The notes under the pieces were generated by a model, which had not been told where the DNA came from, ran no database searches, and saw only the letters and a program-made list of their open reading frames with translations. Source: an uncultured Clostridiaceae bacterium (GTDB taxonomy: Bacteria; Bacillota; Clostridia; DUPQ01). From it: a stretch of DNA of 64,000 bases. Positions 62,520 through 64,000 of the stretch are shown piece after piece; within the stretch, counting starts at the first letter, position 1, and each line of letters opens with the position of its first letter. The stretch covers positions 32,206 through 96,205 of the forward strand of contig CAZLVL010000009.1 in NCBI GenBank assembly GCA_964563155.1, given 5' to 3'. The position numbers were made by a program, and so were the translations under genes.

Positions 62520-64000
62520 TTACTCTTTAAAGACCTGGTGGGGAATAAGGTTATTAAAGGTTGAATTACTCCATTTTTTGCTTAAGATTTTTGCAGATTT
62601 AACCTGCATTGGGCCTTTAACATATTCTGCTTTACCAGGACATATTGGAAAGAGTCCAAGCATTGAAAAAATGTACCAGGCAGACATTGAGCCATTGTCT
62701 TCATCTCCAGGAAAACCTTCTTTTGTATATGAGAAGGCTTCTTTACAGATCTTTTTCACCCAATAATCTGTCTTTTCTTGATTATTAAAGTAGGCAAAAA
62801 TATAGGGTAAATGAAAGGATGGTTGATTTGATATGGCGCATTGTCCAAAGTCTGCTAAAGCCATTTCGGTCATTTCATGAATTTCTCTATTGTAAAAGTC
62901 TGCATAATAGAGAGGGGGAGTTTCAAAAATTAAATTCATCTTTTCTAAGAACTCTTCTTTTCCTCCGTAAAGCTCAGCTAGGCCTTCAAAATCATGATGG
63001 ACTCCAAAGGAGTTTTGCCATGCAGAACCTTCAGTATAATCTCTACCCCAGTTGAACATATTAAAATCTGGTCTAAATTGACCTTTAGAATCTTTAGCTC
63101 GCATAAAGCCACTTTGTTTATCAAATAGATTTATGTAGTTCTTTGATCTTTTTAAGTACTTATCGCTGATGTCATTCATACCCAATTTATTTGCAATAAG
63201 ATAAATGCAGTAATCACCATAGGCTGCATCAATTGTAAGGTTGACGCTTTCTTTTTCATTTTCATATGATACATAGCCTAGTTTGACATAGTCTTCTACA
63301 CCACTTCTTCCAAACTTTGGATCTTTTGACTTTACATTAGCATGCTTAATCATGGCTTCAAGAGCTATTTGGGCTGTTTTATCATCAATAATATCCTTTA
63401 TATAGGCATCTGCAATTACAGGATCTATCAAGGTTGAAGGCATGGTGCCTGTCTCTGTCATTGTGGTCCATCTTGGAAGCCAACCAGAGGCCTTGTAATC
63501 GTTTATAAAGCCAGTAACCATATCTGTATACTCATCCTTTGCAATGATTGAAAAGAGGGGAAAGAGGGTTCTAAAGGTATCCCAAAAGCCCATATCTGTA
63601 TAGCGAACACCTGGTAGAACCTTATTCTCAAAGGGGCTATAATGAATTGGTTTTTCTTCTAGGTCATATTCATGGCAAACATGAGGAAATACAAAGCATC
63701 TATACAAGCAAGTATAAAAGGTCTTCATTTCATCTAAGGTTTCAGTTGTTACTTGAATTCTATTAAGTTTTTCATTCCATTCTTCATAAGCAATTTCTTC
63801 AATTTCTTCAAAGGCTTTACCTTCAAGCTCTCTTTTATGGTTTAGTTTGGCTTGCTCTAGACTAATATATGAGGTGCTTAAGCTACAGGTTGCTTGCTTA
63901 TTTATTATGGGTATATGGATAGAAATGTAGTCTCCCTTTGCGACATTGCTAAGTTCAAGCTCATGTTTCTTTTGAGATATTAAAATGTTTTTACTATCCA
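62520..64000 (-). CDS. Glycoside hydrolase family 92 alpha-mannosidase, 5' end beyond window
   Basis: GH92-like segments (FYTCLYR, DMGFWDTFRTLFPL, GFPGDEDNGSMSAWYIF). I checked the minus-strand frame by hand and it stays open from 63729 to 64000, so the tracked Met at 63728 is internal. Confidence 0.85.
   Translation of the reverse strand, partial: DSKNILISQKKHELELSNVAKGDYISIHIPIINKQATCSLSTSYISLEQAKLNHKRELEGKAFEEIEEIAYEEWNEKLNRIQVTTETLDEMKTFYTCLYRCFVFPHVCHEYDLEEKPIHYSPFENKVLPGVRYTDMGFWDTFRTLFPLFSIIAKDEYTDMVTGFINDYKASGWLPRWTTMTETGTMPSTLIDPVIADAYIKDIIDDKTAQIALEAMIKHANVKSKDPKFGRSGVEDYVKLGYVSYENEKESVNLTIDAAYGDYCIYLIANKLGMNDISDKYLKRSKNYINLFDKQSGFMRAKDSKGQFRPDFNMFNWGRDYTEGSAWQNSFGVHHDFEGLAELYGGKEEFLEKMNLIFETPPLYYADFYNREIHEMTEMALADFGQCAISNQPSFHLPYIFAYFNNQEKTDYWVKKICKEAFSYTKEGFPGDEDNGSMSAWYIFSMLGLFPICPGKAEYVKGPMQVKSAKILSKKWSNSTFNNLIPHQVFKE

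Overview
AT-rich, gene-dense (about 50 genes) chromosomal segment that looks like a low-GC Firmicute or Clostridia-type anaerobe. I base that on AddAB, Obg with a C-terminal extension, QueH, the mltG-yrrM-U32 block, SecG and dnaK-dnaJ-prmA-rsmE synteny. Most of the window is housekeeping: dnaK (5' truncated), dnaJ, prmA, rsmE, htpG, single-chain purL, mltG, ruvCAB, queH, serS, lysA, rplU-rpmA-obg-yhbY, psuK-psuG and addBA. Accessory-looking stretches sit between these blocks: thuA plus a Gfo/Idh/MocA oxidoreductase; an MFS transporter; a membrane protein plus an OmpR/HK two-component system; a DUF2804-rhaA-DUF2268-like block; GH2 lacZ; two surface proteins with Ser/Pro linkers; a three-gene flavin/SDR redox cluster; and a truncated GH92 gene at the right edge. 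I saw no rRNA, tRNA, CRISPR array, transposase, integrase or recognisable phage or defence genes. No single locus stands out as a clearly novel system. The best candidates are: (1) an in-frame ProC-RNase HI fusion translationally coupled to a SUV3-like helicase, at the end of a tightly overlapped RNA-modification operon; (2) an OYE(Fe-S)/SDR/large FAD-flavoprotein cluster of unknown substrate; (3) a pair of surface proteins, one an internally duplicated orphan lipoprotein, downstream of a divergent control region with twin TCAATTGA palindromes and an inverted repeat spanning both start codons; (4) rplU-rpmA without prp and with an L27 that lacks the propeptide. All product calls come from motif recognition by eye. 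No database search was run.
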